Origin: Hemiscyllium ocellatum
Taxonomy: Eukaryota
NCBI RefSeq assembly: GCF_020745735.1
Contig: NC_083435.1
Span: 41,441,090-41,505,089, forward strand
Length of the DNA: 64,000 bases
Direction: 5' to 3'
Shown here one piece after another: positions 62,030-64,000 of the stretch (the first letter of the stretch is position 1; the number at the start of each line of letters is the position of its first letter). Below the pieces are notes generated by a model that had not been told where the DNA came from, did not search any database, and was given only the letters and a program-made list of their open reading frames with translations. Both the position numbers and the translations under genes were made by a program.

Positions 62030-63990
62030 ATGGCAGATACCTGTTGCTTTGAGCCACCTATCTTCGTACTTTCGGTGCAGGATTCTCCTTTGGTGTACCG
62101 GGAACCTCAAGTGAAGAGGGAAGGACAGATATTTTCTTCTACAGGGGCAATATCCTCATTGACTATGTTGGATTGGTCTGGGATCAGTGTGCTATCTTCA
62201 TGAAATAAGACAGAGGCCTCTTCTTGAGCCACTGTGGATGATGGGTGGTTCCAACACCTAACAATTGGTCAGCATACCTTCACCATACAATCTCATCCCA
62301 GGTCTGAACATCCCAGGATCCGTCTATGCCAGGGCCTGTGGCAAGTACTCACTTGCCAACCATGTTGTACTTCTGGGTCAGTACTTGGTCACCAATGAAA
62401 AAAGCACCTCTTGGAGCCTTTCCCTTTGGGACACCTGGGCTCACTGGTTCTTCTTGACAATCTCATGCATTTCATAAGGTAGCAACAGGTTGCATGTGGA
62501 TCATAACTTCCTCCCAAATAGGTTTTATGTGGAGGAATCTGGGTATTGCCTTGGGGTGTGTTTCAGTACACAGCCAGGAAGTTGTGTACTCAATGAACTA
62601 GTAACCCCACCCCCTGTGATGCTTTCAATGAAGTCTCTGACAATTGCACAAATATTTTCACAAGAAAAAGTTGAGGAATGATAGAGCACCAAATTAATGT
62701 GTCGAATGCCATAATCAGTAAATTCCTGCACAAGGAACTGAGGACTATTGTCACGAACAAACTGATCAGGATTATTGAATCTGATTAACATGTTATCCAG
62801 TTGGTCAGGTTTGCAGAAGTGGATTTCATTACTGTCACTTCTGGCCGCTCAGAATGAGGAACAACTACCACCATCAGTATTTGACCCTCAGAGAGGCTGG
62901 TAAAATCAATATTGACACATTACCATGGCATTTTAAGCCATTCCCAGAGGTGTAACGGTGATAATGGGCAGTGTAGCTGATTTTTATGCAAGCTTAGGAC
63001 AACTAAGGGGCGGCACGGTGGCTCAGTGGTGAGCACTGCTGCCTCACAGCGCCAGGGTCCCAAGTTCGCATTCCAGCCTCAGGCAGCTGTCTTTGTGGAG
63101 TTTGCACATTCGCGTGTATGCACCAATTCCATAAAATGATTTCACATGCCACTTGCAAAGCATTCAACCTAACGTTGAAATGCATCATGACATTTGATAG
63201 TGAGATGTCAGTCAGGGTTCCATTTCCAAGATTGACCTGTGCGTAGAAGCTTGTGTTATGACTTCAAAAGCATGAAATCTTTGAAAGAATTTTCATAATA
63301 ATTCACAAGGCCCAGGAAAGACCTTAGTTGGGACACCTTAGTTGGCTGAGGAGCCTCCATTGATTGCCTCCGTTATCACTGGTGCCTTGTGAAGCTCTTT
63401 GCTGATGTTGACGTGCCCTAATTATTCAATCGAGTTCTGGAAGAAGTCACTCTTTTCTTTTTTTTAAAATCTTGTAACCAGTGTTCTTGCAGGCATTTTA
63501 GGGTCTCCTCCAGACTTCTAAAGTGCTGCTCCTCTGTGGATCCAGTGATCAAGGTATCATCAAGGTAGATTTATATCCTTTTCAGTCCACTTAGGATTTA
63601 ATCCACAGGCCTCTAAAATTAGGCTGGAGCTGACATGATCTCAAAGAGGAGCCTTTTATAGCAAAACAAATCCTGATGAGTGAGTATAGTCAGCAACTGT
63701 TGGGGTTCAGCAGCCACCCATATCTGCAAGATGGCCTGTGAAAGATCCATCTTCGTGAATTTTTGCACCCCTGCTGGGCAACTGAACAGATCTTCAATCA
63801 AGGGCAATAGGTATTTAGCTGCACATTGTACCAGTTTTAAATCACAATCAGGTTTGCCAAGTCACTGGTTTGAGATCACTGCTGTCTACCAACCTCATCA
63901 GATCTGCCTTTACTTGCAGACAGTTGGGTTCTGGATCAGTGTGAGCCTTCAAACTTTTTGGTGCTCCATCTGTGCCTGGAGGGTGATGCT
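62030..63990 (-). mobile_element. Degenerate Gypsy pol (RT then integrase)
   Basis: PLIEDLF..FTKMDLSQA, YLDDTLITG, FLGLVNY and DNSPQF..EF..YGIRH remnants; HE1 head nested at 63007-63112. Confidence 0.8.
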
Positions 63991-64000
63991 CATTGGCAGA

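Noticed and set aside
1-64000. CRISPR array, operon or prokaryotic defence system
   Set aside because: The DNA is vertebrate; the only regular periodic repeats are zinc-finger codons and TE tails

Overview
Eukaryotic DNA, very probably from a shark (elasmobranch). The evidence is HE1/V-SINEs with AATCT tails, HER1-like CR1 LINEs, Deu-type SINEs and shark-style Penelope termini. There are no prokaryotic features, rRNA genes, convincing tRNA genes or CRISPR arrays. The window holds a cluster of tandem C2H2 zinc-finger genes buried in transposon debris (CR1, RTE, L2-like, Tx1/L1-like, Penelope, Gypsy and Gmr1-like LTR elements). Three ZNF genes are intact: A (+, 9726-10829, 13 fingers), B (-, 29881-30726, 10 fingers) and D (-, 55717-56772, 12 fingers). 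Two are decayed (about 35.7-36.3 kb and 43.9-45.4 kb). No KRAB, SCAN or BTB domain is visible. The intact genes share an architecture the ORF track misses. It starts with a ~320-bp promoter/first-exon cassette that is about 96-99% identical between otherwise divergent paralogs. A small second exon follows and creates a short spliced uORF. Then comes a conserved acceptor, a leader of decayed coding sequence, and a start codon recruited from a zinc-finger linker. Other points of interest are a Gmr1-like gag (the SCAN-domain progenitor) inside the cluster and minimal hammerhead-ribozyme motifs at Penelope ends. Repeat boundaries are approximate and identities were estimated by eye.
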